Part shown: one piece after another, positions 44,352-57,000 of the stretch
How positions within the stretch are numbered: the stretch's first letter is position 1
Layout: each line of letters begins with the position of its first letter
NCBI GenBank assembly: GCA_020137815.1
Contig: CM035350.1
Coordinates: 6,634,001-6,698,000, forward strand
DNA: 64,000 nucleotides
Origin: Hormiphora californensis
Taxonomy: Eukaryota > Animalia > Ctenophora
Direction of reading: 5' to 3'
Program-made: the position numbers and the translations under genes
Notes under the pieces: generated by a model
The model's input: the letters and a program-made list of their open reading frames with translations, nothing else
Told to the model about the DNA's origin: nothing
Database searches by the model: none

Positions 44352-44687
44352 AGAGAGAACTGTGTGATTAGTGATAGGGACAGTGTCGCGGAGAGCGAGA
44401 GAGAATGACAGTTGTTGTGCCAGTTGTTTTATTATATCATGTATCTGTTTATTCTTCAGGAAATATTGAGTATCTCTACTGCAAATAGGGTGCCATCTCA
44501 CGATATTCCATTTCCCTGTCTCTCTCTGATCTTGAGATGACATTCTAATTGTTGATTGAAAGGCTTGGATTTCACATAACTCACAAAAAAACATTGTAGA
44601 AACAATTACAAAACACTCACAATTAGAAGTAAAAATAAATCTTATATTTCTCCTCTAGTACCTAATAATTGTCTATCAATCTAAATT

Positions 44688-47600
44688 TTATTGGTCCTGC
44701 CACATGAGGAATAACGCTAGCTTGTTCATCATGGCTCTTCTCTGTTTGTCTGCAGATTTTCTCATCAGAAGCTTTTGTCTGTCCCGGAATCCAGCGTTCC
44801 CATTCCTTTCTAACCATATCCACATTAGTCTGTAGGTGTGGAAGTGGGTTATTAATTTCTATCCTAAAAAGGACCGCCTAACGAAGGGCATATCAATCAT
44901 AAATATTCAAGGACAAGATTGAAGATCACACAAAATTTCACTCACCGTTTCCTGTACTGGTTGTATTTGAGTTTTGAGATGTCCCAGAAGGTTTGTAAGA
45001 TTCTTGTTGTTCTGTCGAATAGCAGAATACTGAGTCTCCATCTCTCTAAACAACTCCACTTCTTTTCTAAAAAACGGGAGGTTTGTTGGGGGAGGGGGAT
45101 TGAGCGCTGACAAGGGGCGATTGTGTGAGCGCGCGGCGGTGTTACGGTCAATGCTAACAATTGCAACTTACCTTTGCACGGAGCGCAATATGTCCTCCAC
45201 CCGAGATAGCGTGTTTTCAACTTTGCTCTTGGACAGGGAAACCGCTGGACCACTGAAGAGAGATTTTGATGTTGGGTTTCGGGGTATTGGGTAAAACGGA
45301 AAACAGTGGAAACTAGAAGAGTTATCAAAATGAATCTTTACCTTCGAATATTGGAAATACAAGTTCTGAAGTGCTCCGAGATGGATGATATGAAGGCGTC
45401 TGTATCTTTTTTTAATGTCTGAAAGTAAATTCTTATCAGTTTCAACCGTTCCTTTTTGACAAAGGATAAAGAAGTGGTATATATGTGTAACACACAGCGT
45501 ACCTCTTGCTGCTTGCGTCTTTGGTTTTGGAAAGTTTGCAGTGGGTACTGTTCGAAGGACGCCATTTCGTTAAACGGATTTCTTACTGCTTCAGGGGGAG
45601 ATGCTGAAAAGGGTTGGTCTTAAATCTTCCGAAAGACGAGACGTAGAATTTTTAAGATTTGTGAAAACCAGATTTACCTTGTGTTGGTTGGGTGTCCCAG
45701 AATGCCCCTGTAGTGCTGCTACAGCTCTCAGGAACTACTGGCTCAGAGGTGGACCGGCAAATCATCTGGAAGCAGTTCTCCAAATTAAACTCCCCTGCAG
45801 CCCGAATAGGAGCAACATCGGAAGGAGGAGAGGGGGTTATTGGGGCTTCCTCCTCTTCCTCTGGGGACGGTATAACCAGGGGTGACATCTCTTCAACTGG
45901 CCCTAGTGCCGGGAGAGCTGGAGAATCAACCATGTACCGATTAGTTGGAGAGGGATGGAACTGGGATGAAGCAGCAGTTGGAGAGGGATGGAACTGGGGT
46001 GAAACAACTGTTGGAGAGGAAGAGCGGCCAAACCCAAGAAGAGAAGGAGGGGAGTCGTGTTTGACAGGTGAACTAACAAGGTCCATGGATGAATGCCCCT
46101 CCTCCTCTGGTTCTGCAGTAGGTGGTGTTGGGGAGGGTGGACCGAGTGCCCTGGACACGATATAAGAGAAGGGATCTGCAGCGGGGGGTGTGGCACTGTC
46201 CTCTATCTCCTCCCCTAGATGTACCCCACCGGCCTCCATACAGTCAGTTAGTTCTCTAAACTGGGCCACTATCTCTTGTTCCGTCACCTGTGCTGTGGGC
46301 CTCATTTGTACAGTGGTGTTCCTGGGCCGGCCCCATACCTCCTTTAGGGGTGACGTCTCACGGGCTGATGGTTCTACCACCCCTCGACACGACTTGCCAA
46401 CCTCTACCTCTAGTGAGGTTGAACTGTTGATGAAGTTTAGCATCTCCTGGACAACGTCCAGATTCCTGTTGACCTCTTCATCATTCAGTGTAGGGGTGCG
46501 TTTATCTGCTTTAGAGCGCTTCCGTTTCCTCTGGTATACTTTGTCACAAAGCCGTTTTGAGGTTGCCTCCTCGGCTCCTAACATGCTTGTCTCTACTGCC
46601 TCGATTGGAGATTCAAGTTTCTTTAACAGTTGTTCAGCTGCCGCAGCACCTCTTTCTGCAGCCCGTTTTGTTCCAGTCCGTTCAGTTGGTGTTACTTTAG
46701 GAGACTTCCTCGCCTTGTTTTTGGGTTTCAGTATGTTAGGAGAGGTCTCTTCTGCCGGTTTACTAGTTTGTTTGGTTGGAGGCGATGTTTGGGGTGGCTG
46801 TTTGTTTCTTTGCTGTGGTGGATGTGAGATCTTTACGTCTTTTAGGGGTGACAGCAAGGTTTCCTGATTTTCTTTATCCTCCTCTTCCACTCCTTCCAAT
46901 TCCTCCTCCTCTACCTCCATCTCATGAAGCTCCATGAGTTCGGGCGGGGGTGTCATTATAACACCTCCTAGATCCTCCTGGGACGGCGGGGAGGGGGCAT
47001 CAGCGGGGGTTATATCCTGTAGCACCCTCGTCTCTAGCACTGGGCTGGGATCCCTTGTCCTCGCGCTGCTGAAAGCTGATTCAACCCCCGTCTTGAAGGA
47101 GAATGGAATTCCAGTGGTATCAGTAGAGGGAATAACTCGTGGAGGAGGTTGGACTGAGATGCTGGTTGTGGTGGAGAATTCAGAGGGTGCTTCCGTGTCT
47201 GAGCCTGCCTCTTTGTAACATATCTTTTTGGATTTGGCGGCCCTCTGAAAGAAAGGAGGTGTTAGATATGTGTGTCCTACTGCAACCGCCCTGTTTATAA
47301 AAGGGGTCTTTCTTGGCCAAAGGAACCAAAGGAATTACAGTAGACGATGGAAAACGTACCCTTGAGCTAGCTCGTGTTCCTCTTGTGGGCGGTGGGGGTG
47401 TTGGGGACCGGGATCTTACTTTCTGAAAAAGGGTGGGGTGTTGGGGAATCAGGATCTAACTTTCTGAAAAAGGGTGGGATGTTGGGGACCGGGATCTAAC
47501 TTTCTGAAAAAGGGTGGGATGTTGGGGACCGGGATCTAACTTTCTGAAAAAGGGTGGGATGTTGGGGACCGGGATCTAACTTTCTGAAAAAGGGTAGGGT

Positions 47601-50600
47601 GTTTGGAATCGGGATCTAACTTTCTGAAAAAGGATATTGGGAAAGAGTGGTAAGCAAAAGTAAATTCTCATAATTAGTAGAAATTTTATCATCAGATTAT
47701 TGAGTAGTACAAGGTGGGCCACGGATTGTTGGTAAGGGTTAGCGAGTTGTCCCGTCAAAACGGTGATAGTTACGAGAATAAAAATCATGGGAGCACTCTG
47801 GATCAATTTCTTGGTAACTTTTTCCATAATTTTTTGTCAAAAATTCGAAAATTCATTTTTCATTCCTTCATTCATTTCTCGTTCATTTATGATGTGAGCA
47901 TCCTAATTTTCTATCATGGTGCTATTTTTCTTTGGCTTGAATTTATCTTTCCAATGAACACCATAAAAATGAAATTGAAGCACCAGGTCACGCTGCAGTT
48001 GAGAAAATGCTCATGCATGATTTTGGCTCTTCCTGCGACTTTCAATGAGCTGTATCACGGCTCCCTTTTGTTCAATCTTTTTCAAAATTTGGGTGAACAT
48101 TGGATAAACAAAGATCTTTGCTCACAAGAAAAATCAAGGTCAAAACTCAAAGTTCATTTTTCATTTTTGGTAGTTCATTCCACTCATTCAGGAACTAACA
48201 TCCCTAAAGTCATGAAAAGTTTTGGGTTTTGTTTGGCCTATGCTCTGCAATGCCAGAGAGGTGTAGTAGCGTGTTTCCGGGCTAGTTTTTGGGTGTCCAT
48301 GTGATCATGATGATACCTGACACCTTATTTGGGCCATAATTAAGAGATTTTCTCAAGTTGAAGCATGTGACTTGGGTTTTCTGTGATTGATATCGTGAAA
48401 CAATGTTATGGGATCCCATAGCACCCCTAAAATGATGATTAATTCAACAAAACGAGTTGATTTATGATCGAAATTGTTCGTTTAGTTGAGTTTGTCTTCG
48501 GTTTAAATCTTTTCAATAATAAATCAACTCGTTTTGTTGAATTAATCATCATTTTAGGGGTGCTATGGGATCCCATAACATTGTTTCACGATATCAATCA
48601 CAGAAAACCCAAGTCACATGCTTCAACTTGAGAAAATCTCTTAATTATGGCCCAAATAAGGTGTCAGGTATCATCATGATCACATGGACACCCAAAAACT
48701 AGCCCGGAAACACGCTACTACACCTCTCTGGCATTGCAGAGCATAGGCCAAACAAAACCCAAAACTTTTCATGACTTTAGGGATGTTAGTTCCTGAATGA
48801 GTGGAATGAACTACCAAAAATGAAAAATGAACTTTGAGTTTTGACCTTGATTTTTCTTGTGAGCAAAGATCTTTGTTTATCCAATGTTCACCCAAATTTT
48901 GAAAAAGATTGAACAAAAGGGAGCCGTGATACAGCTCATTGAAAGTCGCAGGAAGAGCCAAAATCATGCATGAGTATTTTCTCAACTGCAACGTGACCTG
49001 GTGCTTCAATTTCATTTTTATGGTGTTCACTGGAAAGATAAATTCAAGCCAAAGAAAAATAGCACCATGATGGAAAATTAGGATGCTCACATCATAAATG
49101 AACGAGAAATGAATGAAGGAATGAAAAATAAACTTTCGAATTTTTGACAAAAAATTATGGAAAAAGTTACCAAGAAATTGATCCAGAGTGCTCCCATGAT
49201 TTTTATTCTCGCAACTTTCACCGTTTTGACGGGACAACTCGCTAACCCTTACCAACAATCCGTGGCCCACCTTGTAGAAACTTACAACTTGGCTAATTCT
49301 AGGTGGAGAAATTTCCGTTCCCGAGTCGTCTGAGAGTTCCACATCTTCAGATACCTTCCTTTTTTTCTGTTTAGGTTTCTGAAAAAAAGAAAGGGGGTCA
49401 AATAAATACGCGCCAGAGAATAAGATGATATTATTCAAAGATCAATAATTTGGTAAAACTATCAAAATTTCCAGTGTTTCACTACCAAATTTACCTTATC
49501 TTTTTCGGCATCACGAAGAGTCTTCTTTGCACGTTTCTCTGCAGCCTGTTTCTCCTTCTTTGTTTTGAACCCTCCCTTTTTCCGCCTGCTCTTTCCCCAT
49601 GAATTGTCTGATTCACAAGGACTCTGTAGATCAAATCTGGATAGACTGGGACTAAACAGCTCCACAGGCTTAGATTTATCTAGGAATTTCTTTTTCAGAA
49701 TTGATTTCCGTTTTGTTTGAGATGCAGTAGGAGCTGCTGATTCCTTTCTTCTAATAGGTTTTGCTGGTGACATGTCCACAACCTCCTCAAGCTGGTCCTC
49801 TTCTTTTTTCTCATTTCTGGATCTGGAGAGAACAAACCCAGCAGATGAGTTCATTAGTTTCTTCACATCCCTTTCCCTTTGTGAGAAAGGGGATGGGAGA
49901 GAAGACAGGAATTCGTCCTCTACGTTCATCAGCTTCCTTTTGAAGGACCTGTCTTTTTCGAGGAGAGGTTCTGGGGACTTCTCCTGCTTAGGTAGTGCAG
50001 GATAACTCAGGGCAGCAATCTCGTGATTGATCATTTCCAGGTCTGGGGAACTCTCTAGACTAACTGCAGGCTTCTTCTTCTTCTTTCCCTTGGGATTGTT
50101 GGTTATTGTCAACTTTTCCTCTGGAGTTTTGACCTTTTCCCCTCCGACGCGAATGACAGGATTTTCAGCGAACTCAAGAGACTTTTTCCGGCCTCTCGTT
50201 TTCCTAGCAGGCGATCCTTTCTTTTCCTTTTTTACCTCAGCTTTCACTACCTCGCGCCTCGATTTGATTTTCTCTTGTTTTATCTTCTCGATCTTGTTTT
50301 CCTCTTTAATCTTTAATTCCTCCTTCAATTTCGCAACCTCTTTCTCCATCTCCACCTGGTCTCCTTTCATCTGATCTCCCTCCTCCACACACGGCATCAT
50401 ATCTTGAATAGTGTCATTCAACTCCAGACCACTGTCGTCTAATTGAGGTTTCGTGTAGTCGAAGGAGCTTGACATCCACTCTGACTGGGGACAGGAGTCA
50501 GGAACTCTCTGTGTTTCAGGAACTGCGCCTGCAGTGAGGTCTACAGCGGGCAATGATTCTTCTTCATCCTGAGACTGGGGTAGGGTCTCTGCTACTACCT

Positions 50601-53600
50601 CATCTTGAGACTGGGCTAAGGTCTCTTCCACTACCTCATCTTGAGACTGGGCCAAGGTCTCTGCCACTACCTGGGACCGAGATCCAGACTGAGAGAAAGG
50701 CCTGGGTTGGGTGCCACATTGAGAGGAAGGCCGAGATGGCTGGGAGGGTGGTATTGGTTGCGATCCTTCTGAGCTAGGTTTAACTGGTCTGCTAACAACG
50801 GATGATTTCATATCCTTGATACTGATACATTCTAGAGAAACATCACACCTGGAGCCCTTCCTCTCATCCTGAGATGACATGGTCACCTGGTGGGGTCCAA
50901 TCAGCCCCAAAATAGGACCCTTAGGATCGGGGTCGGCTGCCAAAACGAAGTGTAGTGATTTGCAGTCGCCCTTTACAGAATCCAGGAGGGCACTAACAGG
51001 AACTTTTAGCTGTAATGCCAGATGGAAATGTCCGCTCTGGACTGCGTGTTCGTGTTTTGTAATATCAACTGGACGAACTTGCAGTGTCTCATATTCCCCC
51101 TGAAAGAATAAATTTGAAATTAGGGTAGCTGTAGACCGGGAGAGGGGTCAGGGGACCTATCATGAAACTTTGTTTATTAGGTGGGTCAAAGTGAGAAAGT
51201 GGGTCAAAGTGGGAAAGTTTCTTAGAAATTAGGAGGGTTAAGGTGGGGAAGTTCTTAGAGATTAGGGGGGGGGGGTTCAAAGTTTCTTAGAAATCAGTTG
51301 GGACAGTTTCTTAGAGATCAGGTGGGTCAAAGCGAGAAAGTTGATCAAAGTGGGAAGGTTTCTTAGAGATTGGAAAAGTTTCTTAGAGATTGGGAAAGTT
51401 TCTTTGAGATTAGATAGGTCAAAGTGGGAAAGTTTCTTAGAGATTAGGGGGTCAAAGTGGAAAAGTTTCTTTGAGATTAGGTGGGTCAAAGTGGGAAAGT
51501 TTCTTGGAGATAAGATGAGTCAAAGTGAGAATGTTTCTTAGAGATCAGATGGGTCAAAGTGGGAAAGTTTCTTAGAGATGAGGATTGAGGTGGGTCAAAG
51601 TGGGAAAGTTTCTTGGAGATAAGATGAGTCAAAGTGAGAAAGTTTCTTAGACATTAGATGGGTCAAAAAGAGAAGGTTTCTTTGAAATAAGGTTTCTTAG
51701 AGATAAAGTTTCTTAGAGATAAAGTTTCTTAAAGAAAAAGTTTCTTAGAGATAAAGTTTCTTAGAGATAAAGTTTCTTAGAGATAAAGTTTCTTAGACAT
51801 AAAGTTTCTAAGAGATAAGATGGGTCAAAGTGAGAAGGTTTCTTAGAGATTGGGTTGGTCAAAGTGGGAAAGTTTCTTAGAGATAAGATGGTTCAAAGTG
51901 AGAAGGTTTCTTAGAGATGAGGATTGAGATATTATGTACTAAACAGCTTTTAAATGTTGATAACAAAATAAATAGTTTACCACTCACATCACCCTCCCCA
52001 GAGTTGACATAAATTGAAAGGGATTGTGATCCAAAGTTGATGTCCAGCCATTGCTGGTGTTCTGGAATTTGCAGCTCCCCTTTGGGTGTATAAACTCTCT
52101 CACATTTGAATGAGTATACCCTGTGGGGATAACATGGGTTACATTTTGTGAGAATTGTATGGGGCTACTGGCTACTGGGGATGGGGGGCTACTGGGGATG
52201 GGGGGCTACTGGGGATGGGGGGCTGCTAGGGTGGAGGGGGGCTGCTGGGGTGGAGGAGGCTGCCGGGGTGGAGTGGCGGAGGGGGGCTGCTGCTGGGGTG
52301 GAGGGGGGGGGGCTGCTGGGGTGGAGGGGGGCTGCTGGGGTGGAGGTTGGTTACGAAGTCACCCCTGTTATTAATATTGCATATAATTAGGGCTTTTTAC
52401 CAAGGGTGGATGGGGCTGCTCGTTAGAACGGAGAGAACGTGGGATTAATGATTATTGGAGCTGCCTAGCTACTTACATTCTCTTTTCCACAGTAGAATTT
52501 AGAACATTCAGGAAGACCCGGCAATCCTTCTCAAACTGAGCATCAGATATCTTAGTGAGAAGTTCACTCAGTTCCCGTTTTTTAAACAGTTTGGAGGCAT
52601 ACTTGGCTCGTTTAGCGACCCCAAACATACGGCAGGTCAGCTCCACGAGGCTGGTCTGTAGTTCCATGTCACCCGCGGAGAGGACACACTCTCCTAACTG
52701 TAGCCACGTTCCCTTTATCTCGCTGTGAGTGGAGAGAAACTTGTGGAACTCCGCACCTTGGACATCCAATGTTTCATTTAGTAGTCGAGCAGCCTAGGAG
52801 GGTGAGTATAATTTGTATTTGAGCAGCATAGGAGGGTAGAAAGATTTAGTATTCGACCAGCCTAGGAGGGTGAGTGCTGGGCATGGAAGATAGCAATCAA
52901 AAGTTCAACAAGAACCAAAATCTAACCGAATTATTTACCTCTAGTCGGATGTCGTATTCCAGCTTCCCCTCTTGGTCGATTGTCAGTGAGAATAGTAGTG
53001 GAGCGAACAGATGCGATACTTTAGGTGTTCTCTTCAGGTGAATAACTCCCTGAAAATGTGAATGGAAAAACAATGAAAAACAAAATCAGTCTAGAAGTGC
53101 TCTGAAACACAACAGACAACAAAAGTAACTAAGCAAAGGATGAATTTCCTGTAGCAAATTGAAACATGGAGTGGAAATTACATCTCTCGTTAGGCACATA
53201 CCAGGATGAGCTCTAGATAGAGATTGTATGCGTGATGTTGGTGTTTCGCCCCTCTAAGACAGGACAGAGGCACAGCTCTAAAGGCAGATACCACTTGATC
53301 GTCAACAGCTTGGTAGTTTTTGTAGGGAAACAGAGAGAGAAGAAGTGTAAAGAGTTGGCAGACAGCTTCTCCGTCTCGTGATTTACAGGCCTGGATAGAG
53401 AATGAGAAAGACGTTTAGTGTTTACACCTATAATACCAACTGCAGTGGGTTAGATATCACTCAATCACTGTGTTTAATTTTGTAAACAAATTCCAATGGG
53501 GTTTTACCAACACAATTACCTCTTGAACAAGGGAGATAGCTTTGATAAGGCATCGTGGTGTGGTGAGTGGGACGATTCCTTTACTGGTGGCTCTTAGAAG

Positions 53601-53789
53601 TGAGGCTTTGTTCTCTTGGAAGTTACATAGTAGATTGTACAACTGTAATAGGGCAAATTAGCTACTTTGAAAATGGGTCGGATTGGGGCAGTTGCTTGCC
53701 TAGCTAGACTCTGTTTACAAATGTTAAGGAGGGCAGAACATAACAAGCAGTTGCCAGGATATTTATTAACTCACATGGTCATCATTCAT
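44688..53789 (-). CDS. SYCP2: Synaptonemal complex protein 2 (SYCP2/SYCP2L-like), multi-exon, with large low-complexity central exons and a C-terminal coiled coil
   Basis: ARLD/SLD motifs LGECVLSAGDMELQTSLVELTCRM, FEKDCRVFLNVLN and VYSFKC...ELQIP..WLDINFGSQSLSIYV. Putative start MNDDH at 53789. The C-terminus KLLMRKSADKQRRAMMNKLALFLMWQDQ needs one base removed near 44800. Confidence 0.85.
47390..47632. repeat. Six 40-bp tandem copies of a SYCP2 acceptor plus the start of the exon
   Basis: ctgaaaaa at 47423, 47464, 47504, 47544, 47584 and 47624. The minus strand reads tttttcag|AAAGT. Confidence 0.9.
47710..49274. mobile_element. 1565-bp foldback element (756-bp arms, about 53-bp spacer), TA TSD, related to 33053-34607
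   Basis: TA|CAAGGTGGGCCACGG...CCGTGGCCCACCTTG|TA. The inner ~500 bp of each arm is clearly homologous to the 33-kb element. Confidence 0.9.
51180..51920. repeat. Intronic satellite (gggtcaaagtgggaaagtttcttagagat variants)
   Basis: Directly visible. A separate G-rich repeat lies at 52160-52345. Confidence 0.9.
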
Positions 53790-54035
53790 TGTCACGTGAT
53801 GTTCATTGGTTTTCCTAAGCTGTAAAAAGTCAGTTTTCAGTTATCAGTCAAATACATCACAAGAGGACGACAGGTTGATGATTAAATATTCATGAAGCCC
53901 TTGAATTATTACGAATTGAGTTTCTCTCCTAGCATCTAGAATTACAGTAAGGCAACTTGCAATAATCGAGGATCGATGAATCGCCTCGAACATCGGCTCG
54001 CTTACGCTTTCGGCCCGGTGTGAGAAACAACCGGT

Positions 54036-57000
54036 TACAAATACAAATACAAATACAAATATACATTTATTGTCCGCTTTTCATTGTTCATATTTTAAAG
54101 AACAACACGAGTTCTGTTAGGTCTTGACTACTTGCATCACTTGGTGCGGACTTCGTCTCACTAACTCTCGTTTCAAAAGCGGTTAGTTCTATACCAAGGA
54201 TTTCCAGATGTTATTTCAAGATGATATTTTTTCTGAAGGTAGGTCTTGTTAGTTAAACGATATTTAAATCGGATGATGAAATATATAATACTGTCTCTGC
54301 TTACTGCAGATTGATAAGATATGCTCTTGGATCTAGGGATCCAGAAATAAATACTTTAGCACCAGGGCTTTAGCCCTTAAACAATCGATACTGTCTTATA
54401 CAACCTGGGTGAGGACTGATGATCCGACTACTTCACCTGTAGGAGAACCAAGGAGCGGGAGAGAAGTCATACTCGTTGTAGCCTGCATCTCACCACACTG
54501 GCTGTACTTCTATAAGTAAAGCCCATCACACTCCACTGCACCACACCATACCGACTGTACTTCTATAAGTAAAGCCCAACACACTCCACTGCACCACACC
54601 ATACTGGCTGTACTTCTATAAGTAAAGCCCAACACACTCCACTACACTACACCATACTGGCTTCACTTCTTTAAGTAAAGCCCAACACACTCCACTGCAC
54701 TACACCATACTGGCTGCACTTCTATAAGTAAAGCCCAACACGCTCCACTACACTACACCATACTGGCTGCACTTCTATAAGTGAAGCCCAACATGCTCCA
54801 CTGCGCAACACCTCACTGGAACCCTTCCACCCCCATACCCCCAATTTTGGTGTCCATTTATAATTTATATCCCCCTTTTTTCTTTGCCCCTTTTTTGTTG
54901 TCTTTTTTCTTCTTTTTTTTTTGGATCTTTTCTGCTTTTTTTTTTTTTTTTGATTTTTTAACCCAGGCTCTTTTTTTACCGAGTTCTGGAGATCCGTCAC
55001 ATAAAAAGAACAAGTATTAAATATAAATTAGTAAGAAAGACCAGTTTAGAAAGAGTGAGTGAAAAGAGTACTGGTCGTTCTAACTTCGCGGTATCACACT
55101 CTAATTCGGGATCCTCAATTCTCTCTCATCTCTCTACCACAATTCTCATAGTATAAATTGTCTTCACACATTGTTTTTTTTTAGCACTCGTATGCCTTTC
55201 GGAAGAAGTGGGTTTTCAGGTTGGATTTGAATGATGTGATGGATGAGCTTTCCCGAAGAGAAGAAGGTAAGCTATTCCATATTTCCGGAGCAGCGACACT
55301 AAACGCACCTTTACTCGAACAATATCTGGCATAGTTCTTGTCAAGTAAGGTTTTGTCAGCATCCCTTCGTAGACTTTTTAACTTCGGTTGACGGAGTGTT
55401 ATCATCTTCGATAGGTAAGGTGGGGCTATACCATTCAGTGTTTTGTATGTCAGTAGACACAACTTGTACTGCACTCTTTCTCGAACGGGTAGGAAATGAA
55501 GCTGTTTGCGAAGGTTTGTGGTGCCTTGGTAGAGGCGTTGTCCAAAGACGAAACGGGCTGCAGAGTTTTGAATTTTCTGTAATCGACCTATGTCTTTGGC
55601 AGAAGAACCAGCAAGGAGGCTGTTACAGTAGTCCAGTCTGCTGTGTATTAAACTGTTAACGAGTTTGACTTTCAGATTAACACCCAACATTCTGTGGATT
55701 TTCCAAAGATTCATAAGGGCTAGTTGACACGTCCTTACGGTTCTGGATACGTGCCCAGATAGGGAGAGCTCTGAGTCCAGAAATACACCAAGGTTCCTTA
55801 CTAATGTAAGTGGCTTTGTAGATTCATGGTTGCTCATCGTTTGAAGGCTTTCAGGGTTTTCTGTTTTATCATGTTTGTTGTTTAACACGATTATTTCAGT
55901 TTTGCTGGGGTTGAGTCTGAGGAAGTTCTTGGACATCCACGCTTTGATGTGGTTTAAGCAACCCTGCAGTTTCGTCTCGAGGTCTAGGAGAGAATCGTTG
56001 CTGAAAGAAACATACAACTGAGTATCGTCAGCGTAGAGCTCCACCATTAGTCCATAGTGCCTAGCAATACTTTCCAACTCTTTTGTGTACAGAATGAACA
56101 ACAGTGGTCCAAGTATAGAGCCCTGTGGCACTCCGATGTTGATGGCTAAGGGCGAGGATGTAGAGGTCTCAATTTCACAGAAGCTTTCCTATCTTTGAGG
56201 TAGGAGGCAAACCATTCAAGGGCAGTACCTTCAACGCCATAATTCCTCCTCAGTTTCCCAAGTAACAATTCATGGTTAATCGTGTCGAAGGCAGCACTGA
56301 GGTCTAGCAATACAAGTACCGCCTTCGACTTCGTGTCTGTAATTAGAAGAAGATCATTCACTACTTTTACCAGTGTGGTCTCGGTGCTATGATGTTTCCG
56401 GTACGCCGATTGAACTCCTGGAAACAGTTCGTTCGTCTCAAGGTGCTCCGTAAGCTGTATAGACGCACATTTTTTCAATTAGCTTGGATATAAAAGCTAA
56501 GTTGGATACCGGTCTGTAGTTATTTAGTTCTTCCGGGCTTCCTTTCTTCTTGAACGAGGGTCGAATCAGTGATTGCTTCAGCTGTTCAGGAACTAAACCT
56601 TCTTGTAGGCTTTTGTTGACAATGTCAGAGATAAGAGGAAGTAACTTCGGGAGAACACCTACGAGTTTGCTGGTAGGGATAGGATCGAGATCACAGTGCT
56701 TTTTCTCCATAGATTGAATTATAGCACTGAGTTCCTCTTCAGTTACTTTACGGAAGGATGAAAATGTGGCACCAGTGTAGTCAGTTTGTGGTAGTTCTGG
56801 CAATGGTTCAGATTGTTCGTTTTCAACTCTGATCGTCTCGTAGATATCCTCGATTTTCGATTTGAAGAAAGTGCCAAAGTTTTCTGCTGTTTCACTCGAA
56901 GAATTCCCGTTAGGAAGCTCCTGTGGGATCTTGTCTTTTCCCAGTAGTTTGTTGATTAACCCACTGACAGCAGCTGGATCATCAGCCACGTAGTCAAGCT

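Noticed and set aside
45692-46867. Long plus-strand ORFs overlapping SYCP2
   Set aside because: They are antisense shadows of a low-complexity coding exon.
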